Translations under genes and position numbers: made by a program
Part shown: positions 31,066-40,822 of the stretch, piece after piece
Numbering within the stretch: position 1 is the stretch's first letter
How the letters are laid out: each line of letters begins with the position of its first letter
Assembly (NCBI GenBank): GCA_041476565.1
Contig: JBGOTQ010000001.1
Location: forward strand, 6,280 to 70,279
DNA: 64,000 bases
Reading direction: 5' to 3'
Origin: Terriglobia bacterium
Lineage (GTDB): Bacteria; Acidobacteriota; Terriglobia; Versatilivoradales; Versatilivoraceae
The notes under the pieces: generated by a model
What the model saw: only the letters and a program-made list of their open reading frames with translations
Database searches by the model: none
What the model was told of the DNA's origin: nothing

Positions 31066-32760
31066 ATGCAAATGGAAAGACGCCTCTTGATTGCTTTTGC
31101 GCTGTCGTTCTTGGTGATCATGCTTTCTCGCTCTCTCTGGGAACCGGCAAAAGTCCCTGGCTCAAAGGTCCCATTGGCTCCTCTTACTGCCCCACCCAAG
31201 AGGAATTCCGAGGCCCTGCCGATGGACCAAGCAGAAAGTGTTGTTCTTGAAAGCCGCTCCGCTGGAAACGAGAAGACGTTCGAGATTGAAACCGATTTGC
31301 ATAAGCTGGTCGTTTCTAACAAAGGCGCCGTCATCAAGAGTTGGATTCTCAAACGGTACCGGGACAACAGCGGGAGACCCTTGGACCTGTTGGATGGCAG
31401 GAAAGTCGAGTTATTTGGGGCTCCGTTTGTCGTGCGGGTAGACCGTGAGGATGCTGTGACCAAGCAGTTGGCCAGCGCTCTGTTTGCCTGTGAGAGTCCC
31501 GCTCGAATTGCTCTGTCCGGACAAGGTTCTTCTGCGCAAACTCTCACCTTTGACTACGCCGATGGCAAACTCCGCGCGAGCAAGTCAATCCGCATCGTGC
31601 CGGGTTCGTATAAAGTTCAGGTCAGTAGCCGGGTCTGGATCAACGGGCGGCCCAGCGATCACTTTCTGATCTGGCCGGCAGGCTTTGGCGACTCGGCCGC
31701 GGATGAGAGGACGGCATTGCACGCCGCTCTGTACCGAAATGCTCAAAAGATCACGCGACTGAAGGCCGACAAGATCGAGGCGGAGCAGGAAATCTCCGGA
31801 ACCTTCGATTTTGTGGGGGTGGAAGACCAGTACTTTGCCGCGTTGTTTCTTCCAGTGAATTCTGAGCCGATGACGCGGATCCTGGTGGGACGGGACGAAA
31901 ATGTGCAGGAAAGCGGCAAGAAGCAGTTCCTTCCTAGCGCCGGAGTGTGGGTTAGTGCGCAGGACCCACAAGGCCTGAGCGTGTTCGTTGGCCCGAAGGA
32001 TTCTGGGGTACTTCCCAAAGTCGGCCCCAACTTAATCGACATCATCGATTATGGATGGTTTGGAGTGGTCGCTCGGCCGTTGTTTCTTGCCTTGAAGGGG
32101 ATCTATGGGTTTGCTAGAAACTATGGCGTGGCTATCATTATCTTGACTATCTTGATCAATTTGGCTTTGTTCCCTCTGCGCTATAAGTCGATGGTGTCTG
32201 CCCAAAAGATGCAAAAGGTGCAGCCCCAGATGAAGGCCATCCAGGATAAATACAAGAAGCTGAAGCCCACCGATCCCAAGCGTCAGCAGATGAACACAGA
32301 AGTAATGGCTTTATACAAGCAGCACGGGGTCAATCCCTTAGGTGGATGTCTGCCGATGCTTCTACAAATGCCTTTTTTCCTCGCCTTTTATAATCTGTTA
32401 TCGGTTTCCATCGAGTTACGGCAAGCTCCGTTTGTTTTCTGGATCAGGGATCTTTCAGCTTACGACCACACTTTCATACTCCCGATATTAATGACCCTTT
32501 CGATGGTTGTATCCCAGAAGATGACTCCGACCCCCTCCGCCGACCCAGTTCAGGCCAAGATGATGCTGGCTATGCCACTTGTTTTTGGCTTTATGCTGGC
32601 GTTCACCTCCAGTGGCCTGGTGCTCTATTGGCTGACTAGCAATCTGACTGGCATCGGACAGCAATACTTCATGAATAAGTACAGACCCACGGCCGCCAAC
32701 CAGCCGGCCAGGAGGGGCCATGATGGCAAAAGAGAATCCACTCGAAAAGACTCGCGCTAG
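31066..32760 (+). CDS. yidC: membrane protein insertase YidC
   Basis: An N-terminal TM is followed by a large periplasmic domain and the C-terminal conserved 60-kDa insertase core (ILTILINLALFPL...QHGVNPLGGCLPMLLQMPFF). Confidence 0.9.
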   Translation: MQMERRLLIAFALSFLVIMLSRSLWEPAKVPGSKVPLAPLTAPPKRNSEALPMDQAESVVLESRSAGNEKTFEIETDLHKLVVSNKGAVIKSWILKRYRDNSGRPLDLLDGRKVELFGAPFVVRVDREDAVTKQLASALFACESPARIALSGQGSSAQTLTFDYADGKLRASKSIRIVPGSYKVQVSSRVWINGRPSDHFLIWPAGFGDSAADERTALHAALYRNAQKITRLKADKIEAEQEISGTFDFVGVEDQYFAALFLPVNSEPMTRILVGRDENVQESGKKQFLPSAGVWVSAQDPQGLSVFVGPKDSGVLPKVGPNLIDIIDYGWFGVVARPLFLALKGIYGFARNYGVAIIILTILINLALFPLRYKSMVSAQKMQKVQPQMKAIQDKYKKLKPTDPKRQQMNTEVMALYKQHGVNPLGGCLPMLLQMPFFLAFYNLLSVSIELRQAPFVFWIRDLSAYDHTFILPILMTLSMVVSQKMTPTPSADPVQAKMMLAMPLVFGFMLAFTSSGLVLYWLTSNLTGIGQQYFMNKYRPTAANQPARRGHDGKRESTRKDSR

Positions 32761-32772
32761 TGATGGAGGGCC

Positions 32773-33201
32773 ATGACTCTGGAGGATTTTTTCAGCGTTT
32801 TTGTGGGTAGTACGCGACTGCATGTTACTTATGAAATCCAGCGGCAGCCGGATGATGTCGGGGTCGATTTCTCGGGCGAAGACGCGCCCATCCTGCTGGC
32901 GCGAAACGCTGAAGTAATCCGGGCCTTGGAATACCTGGCCAATCACCTTTTTGAAAAGCAGGAGGGCCGCAAAATCCAGGTCGACTGTCAGGGGTATCGA
33001 GCTGTTCGGGCCGAAGAACTGTGCCTCATGGCCTTAACCGCCGCGGAGAAAGTGAAACGGCTTGGGAAGCCTTTTCCCCTGAGCCCGATGTCTCCGGAGG
33101 AACGGCGTATTATCCACTTGGCCGTTGCCGACGATCCTCTTCTGCGCACCGAAAGCGAGGGGTTCGGGGAGAATCGCAAGGTGGTCATCTATCCCAAGTA
33201 G
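32773..33201 (+). CDS. jag: Jag/KhpB-like RNA-binding protein (KH + R3H)
   Basis: It has a C-terminal R3H-like region (ERRIIHLAVADDPLLRTESEGFGENRKVVIYPK) and lies in the conserved position after yidC. Confidence 0.75.
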   Translation: MTLEDFFSVFVGSTRLHVTYEIQRQPDDVGVDFSGEDAPILLARNAEVIRALEYLANHLFEKQEGRKIQVDCQGYRAVRAEELCLMALTAAEKVKRLGKPFPLSPMSPEERRIIHLAVADDPLLRTESEGFGENRKVVIYPK

Positions 33202-33203
33202 TC

Positions 33204-34577
33204 ATGCCCACCCTGACCGAGGACACTATCGTGGCCATCTCGACTCCAATGGGGCGGAGCGGGATTGGCGTGATCCGCCTCAGCGGCAAAGATTCGCTTT
33301 CCCTTATTGACACGGTTTTTCAGCGCTCAGGCCGCGCCTTGCGTGACCGGTCTCCCGCGCTGGGCGACATCGTCGATCCCCAACGCAACCAGGTCCTCGA
33401 CCAGGTGCTTGTGACTTGTTTCCTGGCTCCGCGATCATTTACCCGCGAAGACGTGGCGGAAGTGAGCTGCCATGGTAGCCCGGTGGTGTTGAAGGCCATT
33501 CTGGAACTGCTCATCCGCCAGGGGGCGCGTCTGGCCGCTCCTGGAGAATTCACCTTGCGGGCCTTCCTGAGAGGGCGAATTGATCTGGTCCAGGCGGAAG
33601 CCATCCATGACCTGATTGAAGCCCGCACCTTGTTTCAAGCTAGAGTGGCTCGCCAGCAAGCGGGAGGAGCTCTTTCCCATCGCCTGGGACCGTTGAAAGA
33701 ACAACTGGTGCAGTTGATTGCTTTGCTGGAAGCTGGCATCGACTTTGCCGACGACGACGTTTCAGTTCTCCCCACGGCAGAGGTCGAACAGAGACTGGCA
33801 CCGCTTCTGCAGGAACTGCACCGGCTCCAAGCCAGTTATGCCTTTGGCAAGGTCTTGGCGGAAGGCTTAAGTCTGGCCATTGTGGGGCGTCCCAATGTGG
33901 GCAAATCGAGTCTCTTTAATGCCCTGCTCGAGGAACCCCGAGCCATCGTCACCGAAGTGCCCGGCACGACGCGGGATCTGCTCTCCGAGACTGTCCAGAT
34001 CTGCGGCATTCCCGTCCGGCTTATGGATACGGCAGGTATCCGGCCGGCCCAGGACAGGGTTGAACAATTGGGGATCGATCGATCAATGGAAGCCTTGGCG
34101 GATGCCGATCAAGTTCTAATGGTCGTGGATGGGTCTGAGGAACTGGGTCAGGACGATCATCAACTGCTGAAGCAGATGGAGGGGCGGCCTTATCATCTGG
34201 CGATCAACAAAATGGATTTGCCGCCGCGCTGGAGCCCCGATAGTATTAAGGCAGGTGCCCGGACGGTAACCTCCGTATCCGCCCTGACCGAAGAAGGGGT
34301 AGGGACACTGAAGACCCGGCTGTTTCAGGCCTTCCAGCATGATGAGGCTTTGGAAAACGAAGGGGCACTGCTGACCAACCTCCGCCACGAGCAATCGGTG
34401 AGGGAGGCATTGGACGCATTGCTCCGAGTAAGGGAGGAAGTGACCCAGGGCCTTCCGCATGAGATTTTCCTTTTGGACCTGTACGTGTGCCTGCGGGCTC
34501 TGAATGCCTTGACCGGAGAAACTACCGTGGCGGACATTCTGGACCGCATTTTCTCGACCTTCTGTATCGGCAAGTAG
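33204..34577 (+). CDS. mnmE: tRNA uridine-5-carboxymethylaminomethyl modification GTPase
   Basis: [20 protein letters not shown] is followed by the GTPase G1 motif [10 protein letters not shown] and DTAG, with a C-terminal CIGK. The start is taken at the ATG at 33204, just after the jag stop. The ORF-track N-extension overlaps jag. Confidence 0.9.
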   Translation: MPTLTEDTIVAISTPMGRSGIGVIRLSGKDSLSLIDTVFQRSGRALRDRSPALGDIVDPQRNQVLDQVLVTCFLAPRSFTREDVAEVSCHGSPVVLKAILELLIRQGARLAAPGEFTLRAFLRGRIDLVQAEAIHDLIEARTLFQARVARQQAGGALSHRLGPLKEQLVQLIALLEAGIDFADDDVSVLPTAEVEQRLAPLLQELHRLQASYAFGKVLAEGLSLAIVGRPNVGKSSLFNALLEEPRAIVTEVPGTTRDLLSETVQICGIPVRLMDTAGIRPAQDRVEQLGIDRSMEALADADQVLMVVDGSEELGQDDHQLLKQMEGRPYHLAINKMDLPPRWSPDSIKAGARTVTSVSALTEEGVGTLKTRLFQAFQHDEALENEGALLTNLRHEQSVREALDALLRVREEVTQGLPHEIFLLDLYVCLRALNALTGETTVADILDRIFSTFCIGK

Positions 34578-34615
34578 GTCAAAAAACTCGGGGCCTGCCC
34601 TTGAGGTCGGTTGAC

Positions 34616-36478
34616 ATGACTTCTTTTGCAAAGGCTTTTGACGAAAATTATGATGTGGTAGTTGTCGGTGCTGGGCATGCTGGTTGCGAAGCCGCTATGG
34701 CGGCGGCCCGGATGGGACAGGAAACGGCTCTCTACACTATGAATCTGGACCTGATTGCTCAGATGTCCTGCAATCCGGCGGTCGGAGGGATTGCCAAAGG
34801 GCACTTGGTTCGAGAAATCGACGCGCTTGGTGGAGTGATGGGCGAGGTCATTGACCGGACCGGAATCCAGTTCCGCCTCCTCAACCGCAGCCGCGGCCCG
34901 GCTGTCTGGTCGCCCAGGGCGCAGGCCGACAAGCAGGCCTACCGGGTCGAGATGCGCCGGGTGCTGGAACAACAAACTCGGCTGCGCATCAAGCAGGCTG
35001 AAGTTATTTCCATCCTAGGGGACGGAGACGTGGTCAGGGGCATCGAGCTGCGCGATGGGCGGCGGGTCGGAGCCCAGGCCGTTATTCTCACCACGGGGAC
35101 CTTCCTGAACGGTCTGATTCACATCGGCGAAAACCGTTGCGCTGCAGGGCGCAGTGGGGAGTTGCCTTCCATTTCGCTGGCCGAGTCGATCAAGTCAATG
35201 GGCTTTGAGTGGGGTCGGCTGAAGACCGGGACGCCGCCTCGCCTGGACGGCAGAACCATTGAATTCGGCTGCTTGGAGGAACAGAAAGGGGACGCCGTTC
35301 CCACGCCGTTTTCCTTCCGCACGGAGAGAATCTCTCAGCCGCAGATCTCCTGCTATATCACCTACACCCACGAGGGAGTCCACCAAATCATACGGGACAA
35401 CATGGCGCGTTCCCCCCTGTACAGCGGACAGATCCAGGGCGTCGGCCCTCGCTACTGCCCCTCCATCGAAGACAAAGTTGTCAAGTTTCCTGACAAGCCC
35501 CGGCACCAGCTCTTCCTGGAGCCGGAAGGGCTGAACACCTATGAAGTCTACGTAAACGGCCTCTCCACCAGCATGCCTGTGGACGTGCAGATGCAAGTCC
35601 TGCATGGCATCCCAGGCTTGGAGAAAGCCGAAGTCATTCGTCCCGGGTACGCCATCGAATACGACTTTGTGCGACCGACCGAGCTTCAGCCCACATTAGA
35701 AACCAAGCAATTACGCGGTCTTTACCATGCCGGTCAAATCAACGGCACGACCGGTTACGAGGAGGCCGCGTGCCAGGGGTTAATGGCTGGCATCAATGCT
35801 GCCCGGCAAGTCCAGGACAAGGCCCCTCTGGTTCTGGAGCGTCACCAGGCCTATATCGGGATCCTGATCGATGACCTGGTGACCCTGGGTACCGACGAAC
35901 CCTATCGCATGTTTACTTCACGGGCAGAGTTTCGTTTGCACCTGCGCATTGACAATGCTGACCAGCGGCTAACCCCCATCGGGCATCGCTTGGGGCTGGT
36001 TACGGAAGAGTCGTTCCAGCGGTTCCTGTCCAAGCAGGCCCGCATGCAGGCACTGGAGTCATTTTTGCGCACGTTGACAATACCGGTAGATTCCGGGCGA
36101 ATTTCAGCCGTGCAGGCGCTGAAGCGCCCGGAGGTGTCGCTGGAGAGCCTGTGGACGGCGCTGCCAGCCGACATACAGCGGTCTCTAACCCCGGAGGAAG
36201 TAAAGAGCGTGGAAACCGCCATCAAGTACGAGGGCTACTTGAGGCAGCAAGACCTGGAAATCGAGCGGATGCGGAAAGCCAGCTCGCGCCGCATTCCGGC
36301 CCAATTCGAGTATCACACGATCCCGGGGCTGTCGCGCGAAGTCGTCGAAAAGCTCTCGCGGGTTCGCCCCTCCAGCATCGGCCAGGCCAGCCGGATTCCA
36401 GGCATCACGCCGGCCGCCCTCTCCATTATTCACATCTACCTGGAACTTCGCGCCCGGGAAAAGCAAGAAACAGCGTAA
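34616..36478 (+). CDS. mnmG: tRNA uridine 5-carboxymethylaminomethyl modification enzyme
   Basis: [23 protein letters not shown]...[22 protein letters not shown] matches GidA/MnmG. The start is the ATG at 34616. Confidence 0.9.
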   Translation: MTSFAKAFDENYDVVVVGAGHAGCEAAMAAARMGQETALYTMNLDLIAQMSCNPAVGGIAKGHLVREIDALGGVMGEVIDRTGIQFRLLNRSRGPAVWSPRAQADKQAYRVEMRRVLEQQTRLRIKQAEVISILGDGDVVRGIELRDGRRVGAQAVILTTGTFLNGLIHIGENRCAAGRSGELPSISLAESIKSMGFEWGRLKTGTPPRLDGRTIEFGCLEEQKGDAVPTPFSFRTERISQPQISCYITYTHEGVHQIIRDNMARSPLYSGQIQGVGPRYCPSIEDKVVKFPDKPRHQLFLEPEGLNTYEVYVNGLSTSMPVDVQMQVLHGIPGLEKAEVIRPGYAIEYDFVRPTELQPTLETKQLRGLYHAGQINGTTGYEEAACQGLMAGINAARQVQDKAPLVLERHQAYIGILIDDLVTLGTDEPYRMFTSRAEFRLHLRIDNADQRLTPIGHRLGLVTEESFQRFLSKQARMQALESFLRTLTIPVDSGRISAVQALKRPEVSLESLWTALPADIQRSLTPEEVKSVETAIKYEGYLRQQDLEIERMRKASSRRIPAQFEYHTIPGLSREVVEKLSRVRPSSIGQASRIPGITPAALSIIHIYLELRAREKQETA

Positions 36479-36485
36479 AGCCAGT

Positions 36486-37160
36486 ATGACAGCCCCCTTG
36501 CTTCCTGATCCTGTAAGCATTGAAAGGCTCCTGGCCACTTGTGGCTTACCATTGGGGCCGCAAGTGGCCGTTCAGGTCCAGCATTACCTGAAGCTATTGC
36601 TGAAATGGAATCAGCGGCTTAATTTGACCGGGTTTCGGGAGCCGGAGGAACAGGTGGTCAGCCTGTTCGGGGAGACTTTTTTTGCCGCCGGACTGCTGGC
36701 CGAGGAGGACAGTCCTCTGCTGGATATCGGTTCTGGCGCCGGCTTCCCAGGCTTGGCCCTGAAGCTGGTGCGCCCCCTTTTGCACTGTTACCTGCTGGAA
36801 CCTCGCAAGAAACGGGCAGCCTTTCTGGCCACGGTGCGCCGGGAATTACAGCTGGCCCCGGTCCAGGTCCTCAGCAAGTCGCTGGAGCAATGCCGGCCCG
36901 GCGACTTCGTGCGGCCCCCCCGGGTGATGACCCTGCGGGCGCTGGGCCGGGCGGAGGCCTTGATGGGGAGGGGACTTGGCCTGCTTTCTCCTGGTGCACG
37001 CGTGCTGCTATTTACCACCGGGAGTTCGCTGGAAGCCGGGGTTCCCGCCTCCACGCAAATCCAGTGGGAGGCCCCCGTGCCCATTCCCTGGAGCCGCCAG
37101 AAGGTCATGCTCCTGGGACGGGTGCGGCCTGTCGGGCGGGAAGCTCCACGGGCAACATAG
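36486..37160 (+). CDS. rsmG: 16S rRNA (guanine527-N7)-methyltransferase
   Basis: LKWNQRLNLTGFREPEE...LLDIGSGAGFPGLALKL is the GidB SAM-binding motif. Confidence 0.85.
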   Translation: MTAPLLPDPVSIERLLATCGLPLGPQVAVQVQHYLKLLLKWNQRLNLTGFREPEEQVVSLFGETFFAAGLLAEEDSPLLDIGSGAGFPGLALKLVRPLLHCYLLEPRKKRAAFLATVRRELQLAPVQVLSKSLEQCRPGDFVRPPRVMTLRALGRAEALMGRGLGLLSPGARVLLFTTGSSLEAGVPASTQIQWEAPVPIPWSRQKVMLLGRVRPVGREAPRAT

Positions 37161-37324
37161 CGGGGCCCGTTCCCACCCCTCAGGGCAAGGCCCACCCTGC
37201 CAGGACTCTGGCCGGACCGGGATGGGGTGTTTCACGTGAAACATTTAGCCGTTGAAAAAAAAACGAGCTTCTGTTAGAAGAAGCCTTTGATTATCAACCT
37301 TCCCGGGTTTGCCGAGGAACTACC

Positions 37325-38101
37325 TTGGGCCGAGTCATTGCCATCGCCAATCAAAAGGGCGGGGTGGGGAAAACGACCACCGCCATCAATCTGGCCGCTT
37401 CACTGGCCGCCGCCGAGATGAAAACTCTGCTGGTGGACTGCGATCCGCAGGCCAATGCCACCAGCGGGCTGGGGTTCGGCAGGGATCAGCGCCGCCGCAG
37501 CCTTTACCATCTGCTCTTGGATGAGGAAGCCTGGGGCGGCGTTCTCCTCAATACCGAATTGGAGGGACTGGATTTGGTCCCCTCCGACAGGAATCTGATC
37601 GGCGCGACCGTGGAACTGGTGGGGATGGAGCGTCGCGAGCACCGCCTCCAGGAACTCATTCATCCGCAGCGACCCGCCTACGCCTTTATCTTGCTGGACT
37701 GCCCGCCATCGCTCGATCTGTTGACCGTCAATGCCCTGGTGGCTGCTGATTCAATCCTGATCCCTATTCAGTGCGAGTACTTTGCTCTGGAAGGCGTCTC
37801 GGAATTGCTCGACACCCTGATCCGGATTCGTCGCCACCTCAACCCCCATCTAGCCGTAGAAGGGATCCTGCTGACCATGTACGACGAGCGGACCAACTTG
37901 AGCGGCCAGGTGGCCAATGATCTGCGCGATTTCTTCGGGACGCAGGTTCTCAAGACCGTAATCCCGCGCAATATTCGCCTGGCGGAGGCCCCCAGTTACG
38001 GGAAGCCCATCCTCCTCTATGACATTAAGTCCCGGGGGGCCGAAAGCTATCTGCAGCTGGCCAAGGAGATTATCACCAATGACAAGAAAAGCACTCGGTA
38101 A
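37325..38101 (+). CDS. parA: chromosome-partitioning ATPase ParA/Soj
   Basis: VIAIANQKGGVGKTTTAINLAASLA is the deviant Walker A motif. It has a TTG start. Confidence 0.9.
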   Translation: MGRVIAIANQKGGVGKTTTAINLAASLAAAEMKTLLVDCDPQANATSGLGFGRDQRRRSLYHLLLDEEAWGGVLLNTELEGLDLVPSDRNLIGATVELVGMERREHRLQELIHPQRPAYAFILLDCPPSLDLLTVNALVAADSILIPIQCEYFALEGVSELLDTLIRIRRHLNPHLAVEGILLTMYDERTNLSGQVANDLRDFFGTQVLKTVIPRNIRLAEAPSYGKPILLYDIKSRGAESYLQLAKEIITNDKKSTR

Positions 38102-38930
38102 AGGGCTCAGCGCCCTGCTGCAAGACCGGGAAACAGGTGGGGACAGCGAACTCCGGGAGCTGGACCTGGACCTGCTCACCCCCAATCCCTTCCAGCCCCG
38201 ACAGGTCTTCTCCGAGGCCAAACTGGACGAACTGGCCCAGTCCATCCGGGTTCACGGCTTCGTCCAGCCTCTGGTGGTTCGCCGGGACGGGGAGCGGTTT
38301 CAGATTGTCGCGGGGGAACGCCGCTGGCGAGCCGCCCAGCGGTTGGGGCTGCTCAAGGTCCCGGTGGTGATCAGGCGGATTCCCGATGAGCAACTGATGG
38401 AAACCTCCCTGGTTGAGAATATTCAGCGGGAGAGCCTCAACCCTCTCGAGGAAGCTGGCGCCTATTATCGCCTAACCCACGAGTTTCATCTCACCCAGGA
38501 GGCCGTGGCCCAGCGCACCGGCAAGGACCGGACCACCATCACCAACCTTCTGCGCCTGCTGAAACTGCCCAAAGAAGTCCAGCAACTTGTACTGGAGGAG
38601 AAGCTCTCCATGGGACACGCCCGGGCTCTGCTGGCCCTGGAGCACACTTCAGAACAAAAGACTCTGGCCGAGAAAATCGTCCGTTACGGCTGGTCAGTGC
38701 GTCAGGTGGAACAGGCCGTGTCTGCAAGCAGGACGGAAACGCCTCGCAAAAAAGAACAGTTGCGACAGGATCCCAACGTGCGTGCCGCCGTCGAAAGGCT
38801 GGAACGGGCCCTGGGCACCAGGGTTCGGGTTGTCGAGAAAGGCCAGCGGGGCCGGATTGAAATTGAGTTTTACTCCCCAGAGGAGCTGCAGCGTCTTTAC
38901 GAATACTTGATTCGCAGCGAGGAGCCTTGA
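38079..38930 (+). CDS. parB: chromosome-partitioning protein ParB/Spo0J
   Basis: ALGKGLSALL, the ParB box (IVAGERRWRAAQ) and an HTH are present. The start is taken at the ATG at 38079, overlapping the parA end. Confidence 0.9.
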   Translation: MTRKALGKGLSALLQDRETGGDSELRELDLDLLTPNPFQPRQVFSEAKLDELAQSIRVHGFVQPLVVRRDGERFQIVAGERRWRAAQRLGLLKVPVVIRRIPDEQLMETSLVENIQRESLNPLEEAGAYYRLTHEFHLTQEAVAQRTGKDRTTITNLLRLLKLPKEVQQLVLEEKLSMGHARALLALEHTSEQKTLAEKIVRYGWSVRQVEQAVSASRTETPRKKEQLRQDPNVRAAVERLERALGTRVRVVEKGQRGRIEIEFYSPEELQRLYEYLIRSEEP

Positions 38931-39074
38931 GGTGGACTCGAGAAGGCGGGTCAGTCCGGCCATCCCACGCTCAGCAGCGTTCCAGACCCTGTTTGGGGGC
39001 CAGGACATCGAACCGCCAAGGCGGCAATATGCTCCGCAGCAGAACGACAGCCAGTCAGGGGTGCCTCTCTGCAG

Positions 39075-39803
39075 CTACTTGCTCGTCTCGGTGGAATGGT
39101 CTGGCGGGAGAGGCTGGGGTCTGACATGGGCTCGCGTGAATTGCGAAGCTGGCAGCACGGTGTCTCTGTCGAATTTCATTCGAAAAACGGTCCCGACCGC
39201 GAGTCGAATATCCTTGCCCTTGCTTAAGAGCAAACCTGCCAGGGCTCCCGCCGCGGGTCCGGCGATGGCGGGCCCCACACTGTGAGTGGCAATCGCTGCG
39301 GGCGTACTGGCAATGGAGCCGAGTGTGGCCCCTTTGGCTGCATTCTCCAGAGCCTTGCCTGTCGAACTGTTTGCCTTCAACTTCCCTTCCGAGTCCGTCT
39401 TGATCTTTTCATCGTTAGCCACGTCGTCGGCCGCAGCCACTGAAACGAATACAGGTTCAGCGCCATAGCTGGTGGTGATTTCATTAAACATGGCATAGAT
39501 CTCCGCGCGGCGCTTGGATCGGGTAGCAGCCGTCACCTGCGTGATCTTGCCGGTAATCTCGGTGCCCCGGGGCAGGACGTAACGATCGCTGACCTGAAGA
39601 GGGACCGTCAGCGTCACAGAAATGAAGTCCCCTACCTCCGAGATCTTAGAGCTGATCGGAGTCTGCAGCGAGGCTTGGAACCTCATCCCCGCCGGAATGA
39701 CCACCTTGTCCGGTTCCTGACCGAGTCCATTAGACAGGGTTACGAGGATTATCCCGGTAGTGGCTATGAGTGCTACAAACCGGTGGCGGGGGATTCTGCA
39801 CAT
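39075..39803 (-). CDS. hypothetical secreted protein with C-terminal glycine-zipper (SlyB/17-kDa-antigen-like) segment
   Basis: The start is taken at ATG 39803, six nt after an AGGAGA ribosome-binding site. A signal peptide (FVALIATTGIILVTLS) is present. The C-terminal GATLGSIASTPAAIATHSVGPAIAGPAAGALAGLL is a glycine-zipper pattern. Confidence 0.5.
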   Translation of the reverse strand: MCRIPRHRFVALIATTGIILVTLSNGLGQEPDKVVIPAGMRFQASLQTPISSKISEVGDFISVTLTVPLQVSDRYVLPRGTEITGKITQVTAATRSKRRAEIYAMFNEITTSYGAEPVFVSVAAADDVANDEKIKTDSEGKLKANSSTGKALENAAKGATLGSIASTPAAIATHSVGPAIAGPAAGALAGLLLSKGKDIRLAVGTVFRMKFDRDTVLPASQFTRAHVRPQPLPPDHSTETSK

Positions 39804-39879
39804 GTGACTTTCTCCTTTTGTTCGCCATTTCTCCTTCAGCGAGTTGGCCTGCATTTTCCTGGAGCTCCGAAGTCTCCCG

Positions 39880-40569
39880 TTACTTAAGCTCAATCTCAAA
39901 GAAAAGCAGGTTCCCCTGGGTCCGTAGGTTCCGGATTTCGGGGATATATATTTTGTAACCGTTGAGCGGTTTCTGGTTGTCCCGGAGTTGAAAAAAAACA
40001 AAGCCGGAGGATGTCGACTTAGGGGCGACCCGAGCTTCCTTGAGTGCTTTGTTCGTGAAGTCGGTTTCGATTTCAAATGCATCTTTGCTGGGACCATCCC
40101 GTTTAGGCATGGGGAAAGGCATCGGCATACGCTTGCCGGGCGAGCCGCCCTTGCCTGGGTTTACGAGAGCTTGAATCACTTCATCCACCGGGATTTGGGC
40201 AATCGAGTGGTTCTTAGGATCCAGCAGGGTTACATCCGGGCCGCTGAGCAAAACCGGATCCTCTCCATCGTTGGTTACGATGATGTGAATCGGGACGATC
40301 CCCAATCTGTCCAGGTCCTTGACATCAAAAGCAGTACGAATCTTCTCTTTAGTCCAGTAGGCATCCGCCGCAATCGTGACCGCTCCCTGCTGCTGATGGC
40401 CGGGGTAAGTCGAAGCCGGATCCACTTTGACCCGGACGCTCTTGTAAGCGCCGAGAACCGAGGTCGTCAGAACTAAAGCGAGCAGCCCTCCACAGAAGGC
40501 AGACCTCCATCGAGGTTGAAGAAGAGCAGTCCTCGCATCATGGAAAAGAGGTGGTCTTAATTTAGACAT
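39880..40569 (-). CDS. hypothetical secreted protein
   Basis: It has a good ribosome-binding site (GGAGAAAAAGG ATG) and a signal-peptide-like GGLLALVLTTSVLGA. No recognisable domain was found. Confidence 0.5.
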   Translation of the reverse strand: MSKLRPPLFHDARTALLQPRWRSAFCGGLLALVLTTSVLGAYKSVRVKVDPASTYPGHQQQGAVTIAADAYWTKEKIRTAFDVKDLDRLGIVPIHIIVTNDGEDPVLLSGPDVTLLDPKNHSIAQIPVDEVIQALVNPGKGGSPGKRMPMPFPMPKRDGPSKDAFEIETDFTNKALKEARVAPKSTSSGFVFFQLRDNQKPLNGYKIYIPEIRNLRTQGNLLFFEIELK

Positions 40570-40822
40570 CCTTTTTCTCCTTGATTCATAAGTGCTAATG
40601 GGCCAGTTTCCACCCGTTCAGTCAAAGTTCACAGATCGCTCGCGGCTCTTTTGAATTCTCGCCTCTCAGAACAACCAGGCACCGTAGAAACGAAAAGACA
40701 GGGGCAAACTTTCCCTTTTAAGTATAGAATGTTTGTCTACGTTTTCCATAGCAGATGCGATGGCCTGGCGAGTTCAGCGGTTGGATTGGTAGCGTCAGGA
40801 TTGCACTCAACGGACCTAGAAA

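Noticed and set aside
33021-33203. N-terminal 61-aa extension of the mnmE ORF
   Set aside because: It overlaps the jag coding sequence in another frame. The conserved MnmE N-terminus ([15 protein letters not shown]) begins at the ATG at 33204, right after the jag stop.
39988-40476. 162-aa plus-strand ORF
   Set aside because: It is antisense to the secreted hypothetical gene 39880-40569, which has a strong ribosome-binding site and signal peptide. The plus-strand frame is Arg-rich with no start context.
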